From positions 7,774-71,773 of the forward strand of contig PCVW01000010.1 in assembly GCA_002787095.1 (NCBI GenBank): a stretch of 64,000 nt of DNA, written 5' to 3'. This stretch comes from Candidatus Omnitrophica bacterium CG11_big_fil_rev_8_21_14_0_20_64_10 (GTDB lineage Bacteria > Omnitrophota > Gorgyraeia > 1-14-0-20-64-10). A program made the position numbers and the translations under genes. The notes under the pieces are model-generated. The model worked only from the letters and a program-made list of their open reading frames with translations, searched no databases and was not told the DNA's origin. Positions 56,178 to 64,000 of the stretch are shown here, in pieces (position 1 is the first letter of the stretch; each line of letters opens with the position of its first letter).

Positions 56178-57480
56178 GAGGTTCCATCTTGGAGATGGTT
56201 CCGTTGAGCTGCGCCCTTTTCGTGATCAACGGGATCTCCTGTCCAATCCGGTCTTTTTCCGGATTCATCAGCAGTTCGGCGACGACCTTCAGATCGAAGC
56301 GGCCGTCCGTTTGGCGCAGGCGCAGCGCCCCGTCCGGAGATCCCTCCACGACGAAGAGATTGGCCGGGGGTTTCGATTCGACCGAGATGATTTTCCCAAT
56401 AATGGGGAACTCTCCGGCAAACGGCCAGCCGCCCATCGGACCCAAGATGGCATCCTCGGGATGAATGGCTTCAACCAGATAGCAGGGCAGGTCCGCGGCA
56501 TGCAGCGTCACCCGCCACGGCCGTAGGGAAACGACCCTTTCCTCGCCCACCGTCTCCTGCTGCTCCTGTTTCGGCGCAACAGAAGTCACCTGAACCGTCC
56601 GCTCCGAGAAATCAACCACCTCCCCCGAAAAGGCGTATTCGTCGCTCTCCAGGGAGAGGGGCTGTCCGGCGATCAGCGGTTTCCCTTCGTAATAGATCCG
56701 GTTCGCCCCCTGGTGGGCGTTCAAGGCGATCCAAATGTCCACCCGGGAGAGCCGGTCCCTGCTGGCGGGGGTGATCCGCAGCAGTCCCTGTTCGTTGATC
56801 GGATAGGCCAGCAGCTGCTGAGATTCCTCGGAACCGTTCTCCGGGATCAGGGCCCCTCCGATCAGGCGTCCCACAGGGCTTCCGGACTTGTTGTAAAGTT
56901 TGTCCCCCTCGCTCATCCGCCTGACGATCTCCGGGATCAAGTCCACGCTTCTGAGTCGAATGTAAACCTCAACCGGTTTTCCGGACAGGATGACGCCGGA
57001 GACGCTGTAAACCGGTTTTCCCTGCTCCGTCTTCTGGAAAGAGATCTCTCTGTGTTGGGCCACCGGCTGTCGGCGGAAAAGAAAATCTCCCTCCTGCTCG
57101 AAGGTGCCGTGGAGGCGCAGTTTGACGAGGACCTCATAGCGGGGATCCTGAAAACGGATCAGGGCGGACAATCCTCCCCCCAGGGAAGCCTGTTCCGGGA
57201 GGGGGCGGGTGGAAAGGATCTCCAGCAGTTCGGCGACCATCCGGCCGGCGGGATCCGACTCGCTGTCTCCGGCCTTCAGCCGGTCCATCTGCGCCCGGGT
57301 CATCGGGTGGAGGCGGACATAAACCTCCATCGAGTCCTCCACCTGCCAGGGGACCATTGGGATCTGCGGGACGATCAGCAGCCGGTAGCTGGAAACCGCC
57401 AGGACCATCAGGACCGCCACACCCAGTGTGACGCCCCAGGTTTCCCATCGCCTGGGCCGCGGGGAAGTCGGATCGCTCAT
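56158..57480 (-). CDS. Membrane-anchored protein with three DUF4330-like repeats
   Basis: One N-terminal TM; three units of the form V..RL...GD....G..V/IG...G..I/L...G.V. Confidence 0.6.
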   Translation of the reverse strand: MSDPTSPRPRRWETWGVTLGVAVLMVLAVSSYRLLIVPQIPMVPWQVEDSMEVYVRLHPMTRAQMDRLKAGDSESDPAGRMVAELLEILSTRPLPEQASLGGGLSALIRFQDPRYEVLVKLRLHGTFEQEGDFLFRRQPVAQHREISFQKTEQGKPVYSVSGVILSGKPVEVYIRLRSVDLIPEIVRRMSEGDKLYNKSGSPVGRLIGGALIPENGSEESQQLLAYPINEQGLLRITPASRDRLSRVDIWIALNAHQGANRIYYEGKPLIAGQPLSLESDEYAFSGEVVDFSERTVQVTSVAPKQEQQETVGEERVVSLRPWRVTLHAADLPCYLVEAIHPEDAILGPMGGWPFAGEFPIIGKIISVESKPPANLFVVEGSPDGALRLRQTDGRFDLKVVAELLMNPEKDRIGQEIPLITKRAQLNGTISKMEPLEPDKG

Positions 57481-58286
57481 CTGCCAGCTCCTTTGTCGGT
57501 TGATTTTGTTCCGACCGCGAAAAAATTCAGGCGGAACGGAAAACTCAAGAACAGGCGCCGCACCTCAAACGGGCCCTGCAGCAGCCGCCGCAGGGTGCCG
57601 GCGCTGAACAACTGGATGTGTCCCATCGCCAGGTCGTCGCTGAGCGGACCCAGGAAACCGCGCAGCCCCAGCCGCTTCAGCATCGTCTTGATCGCCACAA
57701 TCCATCGGTCGTTGGGAACGGAGACGACCAGCCGGCCGCCCGGCGCCAGCACCCGGGCCAGCTCTCCGACCGCTTCTTCCGGCCGCTCCAAATGCTCCAG
57801 CACCTCGGTGCAGAAGATCAGGTCGAGCGAGCCGTCCCGGAACGGCAGCCGGGTCACATTGGCGGCCATCGCCGGAATCGCGGCCGCCGAACCGTTTTTC
57901 CGGCGATTCTCCCGAAGCATCCCCGAATCCAAATCGGCCAGCAGCGACAGACCGGATCCGCCGAGCCGCCGGGCGGTCACCTGCCCTGACTCGCACCCGA
58001 TGTCCAGAATCCTTCGGGCGGGACAATCCCCCAGCCGTTCGGTGATCCGGAACCGCTGCCGTTCGACCCATCGGATCAGCGGATTGGGATGGGCCGATTT
58101 CTGCGCCATCGGATGCGCCCGATTGACCGCCTGATTCCATTCGGCGACGGAAACCGGCTGGTCGTTCTTGAAAAGGAGAAAGCGGCCCCGCGCGTCATCC
58201 CAACGCTTGAGGAAACGGTCCGAACCGACGCGGTAAAGGTGTTCCCCTTCGTTCCAGCTCACGATTGGGACTCCCGTTGGGCCCAT
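57477..58286 (-). CDS. Class I SAM-dependent methyltransferase
   Basis: ILDIGCESG, LPFRDGSLD, EVLEHL, LAPGG, VPN; start uncertain. Confidence 0.85.
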   Translation of the reverse strand: MGPTGVPIVSWNEGEHLYRVGSDRFLKRWDDARGRFLLFKNDQPVSVAEWNQAVNRAHPMAQKSAHPNPLIRWVERQRFRITERLGDCPARRILDIGCESGQVTARRLGGSGLSLLADLDSGMLRENRRKNGSAAAIPAMAANVTRLPFRDGSLDLIFCTEVLEHLERPEEAVGELARVLAPGGRLVVSVPNDRWIVAIKTMLKRLGLRGFLGPLSDDLAMGHIQLFSAGTLRRLLQGPFEVRRLFLSFPFRLNFFAVGTKSTDKGAGR

Positions 58287-59230
58287 TTTCGCTGCAGACG
58301 AATGTTCTGCCGTCTGAGCTCCAGCAATTGGGCTGCCAGGAAGGCAAACAACAGGATCTGCAGGCCGAAAAGGAGGCAGAGCAGCGTGACGGTCAGGAGC
58401 GGCCGGCCGGCCACCGGCGTTCCGCCGATCGAGAGCCAGGCGGCATACCCGCCGCAGAGGGTTCCCAGTCCCATCAGGCCCAGGCCGGCAGTCCCGAACA
58501 GCAGGAAGGGGCCTTCCTGAAAACCGAACAGGAGATGGGTCCAGGCGAAACGAAGCAATTTCGCAGAAGGGAATCCCCGCCGTTTCCGTTCCGGCTCCCA
58601 GCGCAGCACCGCCGGGACATCCACTGATCGAAAACCGAGCGCGTAGGCCTTCGAGAGGATCTCCAGATGGATCTCCTTGTCATCCGATTCCAGATCGAGC
58701 GCCCGCAGCACCTCGGCCCGGTAGCAGCGGGTCATCCCCGATGCCATCGTGGTCCGGCGGCCGAGGGCCAGGCAAAGCAGCCGGTTGCCGTACCGGCTGA
58801 GGAAGACCCGCAGCCCCGGAACATTCTCCAGCCGGCCGCCCGGCATGTGCGGGGAGGCGATCGCAAAATCGACCCCGGCGGTTTCCAGGGCGGCCGGGAG
58901 GCGCTCCAGGACGGCCTCCCCCCAGGTCAGATCGGATTCGGTCGAAAGAATCCATTCCCCGCGGGCTTTAGCGAATCCCCGCCGCAGGGCATACCCGCGT
59001 CCCCGGTTCGGGGAATAATCGATCAGATGAATCGCCGGATCGCCGCCGATCGCCTGCCGGGCCGCCTCCCCGGTCCCGTCGGTGGAGCCGTCGTTGACCA
59101 GGATCAGCTCCCAGGAGCGGCCGAGCCGCTGGAGGACGGCACGCAGACGGCCGATGCTCTCGGCGATCTTCGCCGATTCGTTGTACATCGGGCACACCAC
59201 CGACAGTTCAGGTCGCGGAGAGGGAGACAT
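58259..59230 (-). CDS. GT2 polyprenol-phosphate glycosyltransferase (GtrB/ArnC-like, two C-terminal TM helices)
   Basis: PMYNE, VNDGSTDGT, NRGRGYAL, ESD, two C-terminal hydrophobic helices. Confidence 0.87.
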   Translation of the reverse strand: MSPSPRPELSVVCPMYNESAKIAESIGRLRAVLQRLGRSWELILVNDGSTDGTGEAARQAIGGDPAIHLIDYSPNRGRGYALRRGFAKARGEWILSTESDLTWGEAVLERLPAALETAGVDFAIASPHMPGGRLENVPGLRVFLSRYGNRLLCLALGRRTTMASGMTRCYRAEVLRALDLESDDKEIHLEILSKAYALGFRSVDVPAVLRWEPERKRRGFPSAKLLRFAWTHLLFGFQEGPFLLFGTAGLGLMGLGTLCGGYAAWLSIGGTPVAGRPLLTVTLLCLLFGLQILLFAFLAAQLLELRRQNIRLQRKWAQRESQS

Positions 59231-60308
59231 GTTGTTTCTTCATCAGGATTTTGGCGATCCGTTCGGCCGCCTTCCCGTCCCAAAGCGGAGGGATCTGTCC
59301 CTTCGGCGGCGTTTTCAGCGCCTGGTCGGCCGCCGCGGCGATCCGGTCCGGGTCGGTGCCGACGATCCGGTTGGTTCCCAGGCGGGTGGTGATCGGCCGC
59401 TCGGTGTTTTCCCGCAGCGTCAAACAAGGGATCCGCAAGGCGGTGGTCTCCTCCTGGACCCCGCCGGAATCGGTCAGGAGCAGGGCGGCATGCCGCATCA
59501 GCTTCAGGAAATCAAGATAACCGAGCGGCTCCAGCAGGGTGATCCGATCCTGCTCGGAGGGAAAGCCGGCCGTCCGGAGACGGGCCTGCGTTCTGGGATG
59601 GACCGGGAAGAACAGCGGGAGACGCTTTGCCGCCCGCCGCAGCCCCTCCAACAGCCGGCCGAGGACCTCGGGGCGGTCCACATTCTCCGGCCGATGCAGG
59701 GTGATCAAGCCGTATCCTCCGGCGGGAGCAGTGGTGCGCTCCAGAATGTCGGATCGTTCCGCCAAAGCCAACGAAGCCTGCAGCGTGTCGATCATGACAT
59801 TGCCGACCCGATGGATGCCGGCGGCCGCGACCCCTTCCCGGGCCAAATTCTCATCGGCCTCCTCGCAATGCGTGAAGAGCAGATCGGAGAGGTGGTCGGT
59901 CAGCAGACGGTTCAATTCCTCCGGCATCCCCCGATCCCCGCTGCGCAGGCCGGCCTCCACATGGGCGACCGGAATCCTCAATTTCGCCGCCGCCAGGGCC
60001 GCCGCCAGGGTCGAGTTGACATCTCCGAAGACGATCACCCGATCCGGCCGATCCTGAAGCAGAAAACGCTCGACGCCGACCAGCACGCCGGCGGTCTGCT
60101 CCGCGTGGCTTCCGGAACCGATCCCCAGATTGAAGTCCGGTTTCGGGAGGGCCAGGTCCCGAAAGAAGAGGTCGGACATCGCCGGATCGTAATGCTGGCC
60201 GGCGTGAAGCAGCTTGGCCTGAACCTCCGGCCAACCGCTCAGGGCCCGGATCACGGGGGCCGCCTTCATGTAGTTCGGCCGGGTGCCGACCACGCAGAGG
60301 AGCTTCAC
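59208..60308 (-). CDS. wecB: UDP-GlcNAc 2-epimerase (non-hydrolysing)
   Basis: GTRPNYMK, GQHYD, GDVNST, HVEAGLRS, PEELNR, DSGGVQEE, RENTERP; GTG start. Confidence 0.92.
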   Translation of the reverse strand: MKLLCVVGTRPNYMKAAPVIRALSGWPEVQAKLLHAGQHYDPAMSDLFFRDLALPKPDFNLGIGSGSHAEQTAGVLVGVERFLLQDRPDRVIVFGDVNSTLAAALAAAKLRIPVAHVEAGLRSGDRGMPEELNRLLTDHLSDLLFTHCEEADENLAREGVAAAGIHRVGNVMIDTLQASLALAERSDILERTTAPAGGYGLITLHRPENVDRPEVLGRLLEGLRRAAKRLPLFFPVHPRTQARLRTAGFPSEQDRITLLEPLGYLDFLKLMRHAALLLTDSGGVQEETTALRIPCLTLRENTERPITTRLGTNRIVGTDPDRIAAAADQALKTPPKGQIPPLWDGKAAERIAKILMKKQHVSLSAT

Positions 60309-61993
60309 GGCCCCGGCTCCAAGGCGTACAGCTCGATGACCGGACCGGGCCGTTTCAGGCGCCACAGATCAATCAAGGGGGTGTGGGAGGAGGGCAGCTG
60401 GCGCCGGTCGGTCTGCCCATCGTAGGGGGTGAACCGGACGACCGGCCGGCCGCCGGCCCGGAGGCGGGCATAGAAAGCGTCCTGCTTCGGCGAATCGGCC
60501 GTTTCAACGAAAGATTCCACAAAATCGGACAAGATCACCCAGGTCACTCCTTGCCGCTGCAGGCGGTCCAGATCGTAGCCATTCTCCATCTCGGGGATCA
60601 GATGCTCCCTCGGGATCAGTTCGATCAACCGGTACCGGGGCCGGGCCGCCGCCTGATTAGCCCGCGCCGACCACCAGAGACCGCTTCCCTTTCCGGAGTT
60701 CCGAGTCGCCGCGGCCAATTGCGCCGACTGTTCGGCGGTCTCCAACAACTGGGGCACCCAGGCCTGAAAGGTCCGACCGTGATCCACCGCCAGCATCGTG
60801 CCGGAGGGAACATGCGCCTCCACCCATTCCCGGGCCAGCCTCCGGGTATCCGGCCGGGTCAGCAGCCAATCGTGCCGGACCGCGGCGGCTCCGTTCGACA
60901 GGAACAACCCCGCCAGAAGCAGCGCCCGCAGCCGGACCGGCCGGCCCTCCATCCAACGGACCGCATAATAAAGCACAAACGGCGCCAGCGGAAGGATGTA
61001 GGCGGCCCGAACCGACCGGGTATAGCTGCCGATCAACAGGCCGTAAGCCAGCATTCCGGCGGTCAGCCAGAGATCCGGCTTGGACGGCTTCCGGAGCGAC
61101 CCTACCCAACCGATCCCTCCGGCCAGCAATCCGATCCAGCTGACCCCAACCGGAAGGTAGACAATAAGATACCGCCACCACCCCCCGGCCGTCCAGGGGG
61201 TATCCGGTTCCCGAAGGACGCCGCCGGCCCCTTCGGCCAGCCGGCCCAGCGTGCCGGCAGTCTCCCCGGCATGGAGGAGGATCGCCGGGTTGACCAGGGC
61301 GAAACAGGCCAGCGCGATCCCCACCGCTTCCAGCGCCGGTCGAAGCTTCGGCGTTCCCTTGGGCTTCAGCCCATGGGCCAGCAGCAGCCCCGGCAGCCAA
61401 AGGGCGAAGTTCCAGTTCATCCCCATCGCCAGACCGGTCCACAGCCCGGCTCCCCAACTGTCCCGCCGCCCGCCTCGAAGCATGGCCCGGAGGGCGAACC
61501 ATGCGGCTCCCACTCCAAAAAAGAGGGCCGGAATGTCCTGCCGGCAATAGTGGGAATCCCGAACATGGAGGAAACAGACCGCCAGGGCCGCCGCGCTCCA
61601 AAGGGCCGTCTTCTCCCCGGCGCCGGTCTCCCGGACGGTCCGGTAAAGGAGCCAGGGAGTGGCCGCGCCGAACCCGGCCGCCATCAGGCGGCCGCCGAGG
61701 ACCCAGGGGGCCGGATTCTGCAGAAATTGCTGCAGGTAAGCGGCGCTGGAGGACCAGAGACCCAACCCCTTCCCCACCAAAAAAGCCGCGGCATATCCGA
61801 CGAAAAGGAGTTCGTGAAAGAGATGCGGGTGGTGGGGGTAATCGACCGCTCCGATCCCCTGCCCGAAGCTGAGAGCGGTCTTGACGGTCATCAACTCATC
61901 CTGGTGGAAAAGATCGGGAAGGCCGAAGGCGATTCCCCAAAGCCGAAGCCCCAAGGCGGCTCCGAAGATGATCCACAGCCAATGCCCCGTCAT
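60305..61993 (-). CDS. ArnT/PMT-like GT-C glycosyltransferase
   Basis: LRLWGI.FGLP..HQDE after TM1, HVRDSHY..D, many TM segments, DTR..A..W soluble tail. Confidence 0.8.
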   Translation of the reverse strand: MTGHWLWIIFGAALGLRLWGIAFGLPDLFHQDELMTVKTALSFGQGIGAVDYPHHPHLFHELLFVGYAAAFLVGKGLGLWSSSAAYLQQFLQNPAPWVLGGRLMAAGFGAATPWLLYRTVRETGAGEKTALWSAAALAVCFLHVRDSHYCRQDIPALFFGVGAAWFALRAMLRGGRRDSWGAGLWTGLAMGMNWNFALWLPGLLLAHGLKPKGTPKLRPALEAVGIALACFALVNPAILLHAGETAGTLGRLAEGAGGVLREPDTPWTAGGWWRYLIVYLPVGVSWIGLLAGGIGWVGSLRKPSKPDLWLTAGMLAYGLLIGSYTRSVRAAYILPLAPFVLYYAVRWMEGRPVRLRALLLAGLFLSNGAAAVRHDWLLTRPDTRRLAREWVEAHVPSGTMLAVDHGRTFQAWVPQLLETAEQSAQLAAATRNSGKGSGLWWSARANQAAARPRYRLIELIPREHLIPEMENGYDLDRLQRQGVTWVILSDFVESFVETADSPKQDAFYARLRAGGRPVVRFTPYDGQTDRRQLPSSHTPLIDLWRLKRPGPVIELYALEPGP

Positions 61994-61994
61994 C

Positions 61995-63266
61995 TCACCA
62001 GCCCCGCCAGCGGGCGATCATCCCCGCTCCAACCGCCTGCAGCAGCCCCCATCCGATGCCGAGCCCCGCCTTCCATCGGACCGGCCGGCGCTCTCCCCAA
62101 AAAGCGATCCATCCCAATGCCCCCAGCAGCAGCAGAAACGGCTCGAACGGAAGCCGGAAGCGAGGGGAACCATAGAAAAGAAGGGTTTGGAGCAGCAGAA
62201 CCCCCAGGGGGATTCCGATCAACACGACAGCGTGGCCGGTCCGGCGGATTTGCCACGCCCCCCAAAGGATCCAGGGGAACAGCAAGCCGTAGAGCCAATT
62301 GTACCGGGCGGTTCCATCCCGGGCGATGATCTCCCAATCCCAGGGAACCAACAGCGTGCCGAGCCGCAACCCCAGGATCGCCGGCAAACGCCCGGGCGCC
62401 CGCCGGAGCCGGTCCCAAGCGGCCCGGCGGTAGGCCCGGTCCCGATCCACCTCGTCCGGGAGCCGATCGATTCGACGGGCCGCCGCATCATCGGCCGAGA
62501 AGCCGTACCGAACGCCGTCCAGCGGGATCACCGCCGAATAGAGGGCCCTCCCCCCGTCGGTGGAAATCGGCACCCAGCGACCCAATTGTCGATGGTTCCG
62601 GATCGTCCAGAGGCCGATCAAGCTGCAGGCGATGACGCCGGCACAGAGGACCTGCCGCAGCAGCCGGCCGGATTCGGGGCCGGGCCGGCGCAGGCGGTGC
62701 CACGCCGCGGCGGCGGCAGCCGCCGGAACCAGCAACCCCATCCCCGGTCGGGTCAGGACCAGAGCGGCGCAGAGGATTCCCCAGACTATTGCCCGGAGGA
62801 GATGCCTTCGGTCCGCCCAGACTCCTCCCAGCCATCCCATCAGCATCAAGAGGAAGAGGGCCAGATTTTCGGTCAGCAGGGTCCCGCTGAGTCGAACCAG
62901 CGGCGGAGAAACGGCGATCAACAGCCCCGTGAGCCAGCCGGCCGGACAGCCGCCGATCCGCCGGCCGAGGGCGGCCCCGGCCAGGACGACGATCCCCCCC
63001 AGCAGGGCCTGGATCCAGACCACCGCCCGGTGATTTTGGCCGAACAAGCGATAGATCCCGGAGAGGAAGAACGGGTAGCCCGGCGCCTTGAAGGCGGTCG
63101 GTCGGCCGTCGGCATCCAGATAACCCCGCCCGGCCGACAGATCAACCGCCCGCTGGTGGTAGCCCGCCGCGTCCCCGGCCAAGGTCGCCGGCTCGGGGTT
63201 GCAGACGATTCGAAGCCCGACGGCGAGGAGAAACAGGCCGGCCAGCGCCCACCCGGAACGGTTCAA
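61995..63266 (-). CDS. ArnT/PMT-like GT-C glycosyltransferase
   Basis: DA..Y, PGYPFFL, LLTENL, TRP, WTIRN, RFRLP; TTG start overlaps upstream TGA with GGAGG upstream. Confidence 0.8.
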   Translation of the reverse strand: MNRSGWALAGLFLLAVGLRIVCNPEPATLAGDAAGYHQRAVDLSAGRGYLDADGRPTAFKAPGYPFFLSGIYRLFGQNHRAVVWIQALLGGIVVLAGAALGRRIGGCPAGWLTGLLIAVSPPLVRLSGTLLTENLALFLLMLMGWLGGVWADRRHLLRAIVWGILCAALVLTRPGMGLLVPAAAAAAAWHRLRRPGPESGRLLRQVLCAGVIACSLIGLWTIRNHRQLGRWVPISTDGGRALYSAVIPLDGVRYGFSADDAAARRIDRLPDEVDRDRAYRRAAWDRLRRAPGRLPAILGLRLGTLLVPWDWEIIARDGTARYNWLYGLLFPWILWGAWQIRRTGHAVVLIGIPLGVLLLQTLLFYGSPRFRLPFEPFLLLLGALGWIAFWGERRPVRWKAGLGIGWGLLQAVGAGMIARWRGW

Positions 63267-63970
63267 AACGGGAGGAACCTCCACTTGATGATCGCCCAGA
63301 TCACCGCGAAGCCGTGATGCCATCGGATCTTCTTGCCGGCTTTGTAGGAGCGGGGGTTGTATTGAACCGGCACCTCGACGATCTGCGCCCCCCGGCGCAG
63401 GAGCTTGCAGATAATCTCGTTGTCGATGTCGAACCGGTTGGATTGAAGATTCAGTCCCAGGAGCATCGAGCGCTTGCACACCTTGTAGCAGGCCTCGTAG
63501 TCGGTCGCGTAGAAACCGTACAGGCCGTTGGTCAACCCGATCACGAGCAGGTTTCCAAGATAATGGGTCAGGAAGGGGTCGCCATCCTTGGTGAAGAAAC
63601 GGGGTTTTTCCTTGAGGAACCTCGACCCCATCGCGACATCGGCATGCCCGCGGACCACCGGGCCGACCAGCGCCGCGTAGTCGTTCGGATCGTACTCCAA
63701 GTCGGCGTCCTGCACCAGGAACAGCTCCCCGGTCGCCTCCCCCAGGCCGGTCCGGACCGCGGCCCCTTTGCCGCGGTTGCGGGGATGGTCGATGACCCGG
63801 ACCCGGTCGGCCCAACGCTTCAGGCGCTGCCGGGTGTCGTCCGTTGAAGCATCGTTGACCACCAGCACCTCTTTTTCGAGCCCCGGCAACGGGGCGGCCA
63901 GCACCCGCTCCAAGAGGGTGTCCACATTGCCCGCCTCGTTGTAAATGGGAATCACGACGCTCAGCTTCAT
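63263..63970 (-). CDS. GT2 DPM1-like polyprenol-phosphate glycosyltransferase
   Basis: SVVIPIYNE, VNDASTDDT, NRGKGAAVR, QDADLEYDP, GSRF, TDYEACYK, GKKI.W. Confidence 0.92.
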   Translation of the reverse strand: MKLSVVIPIYNEAGNVDTLLERVLAAPLPGLEKEVLVVNDASTDDTRQRLKRWADRVRVIDHPRNRGKGAAVRTGLGEATGELFLVQDADLEYDPNDYAALVGPVVRGHADVAMGSRFLKEKPRFFTKDGDPFLTHYLGNLLVIGLTNGLYGFYATDYEACYKVCKRSMLLGLNLQSNRFDIDNEIICKLLRRGAQIVEVPVQYNPRSYKAGKKIRWHHGFAVIWAIIKWRFLPF

Positions 63971-64000
63971 CTTGAAACAGCCGCTCCGGCCGGCGTTTCC

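Noticed and set aside
3424-58286. Methyltransferases as a restriction-modification or defence system
   Set aside because: No DPPY/NPPY or PC catalytic motifs and no nuclease; all look like small-molecule class I enzymes
1719-63815. Long N-terminal extensions in the ORF track (e.g. 15679-17931, 41048-43549, 53542-55923) suggesting giant fusions
   Set aside because: They are out-of-frame overlaps with the upstream gene; real starts sit at coupled start/stop junctions
482-63847. Many long plus-strand ORFs (e.g. 4160-5902, 31386-33215, 41084-42964, 60383-62329)
   Set aside because: They lie antisense to well-supported genes, show no family motifs, and are expected from stop-codon scarcity at high GC
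63967-64000. 3' end of an upstream gene ending in an ATGA overlap
   Set aside because: Only about 10 codons are visible, too little to call
1-64000. CRISPR arrays, tRNA/rRNA, IS elements, riboswitches, pseudogenes
   Set aside because: No intergenic space or periodic repeats seen and no evident frameshifts; small elements could be missed by eye

Overview
The window is one continuous, GC-rich (about 65-70% by eye) minus-strand surface-glycan biosynthesis locus that runs off both ends. I call 57 CDS, nearly all abutting or overlapping; the largest gap is about 100 bp. It encodes nucleotide-sugar enzymes (RfbF/RfbG-like, RmlC/RmlD-like, UDP-GlcA decarboxylase-like, WecB, WbpB/WbpD-like, DegT), about 12 GT2/GT4/GT9 glycosyltransferases, a WecA-type initiating transferase fusion, a Wzx flippase and about 7 GT-C-like membrane proteins. 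The tailoring set is unusually large: 8 class I methyltransferases, 2 NDP-sugar C-methyltransferases, 2 radical SAM enzymes (one cobalamin-dependent), 2 AsnB amidotransferases, an SGNH protein, deacetylase-like proteins and a YdcF fusion. I saw no RNA genes, CRISPR arrays or mobile elements, and the long plus-strand ORFs are antisense shadows. Best leads: a radical-SAM/amidotransferase tailoring sub-cluster (30-46 kb), two separate C-methyl branched-sugar modules, a GT4 half-duplicate fused to YdcF, a triple-repeat periplasmic protein, and internal extended -10 promoters including a likely leaderless one. All product calls come from reading motifs by eye; no database searches were run. Starts were trimmed by hand from the ORF track.
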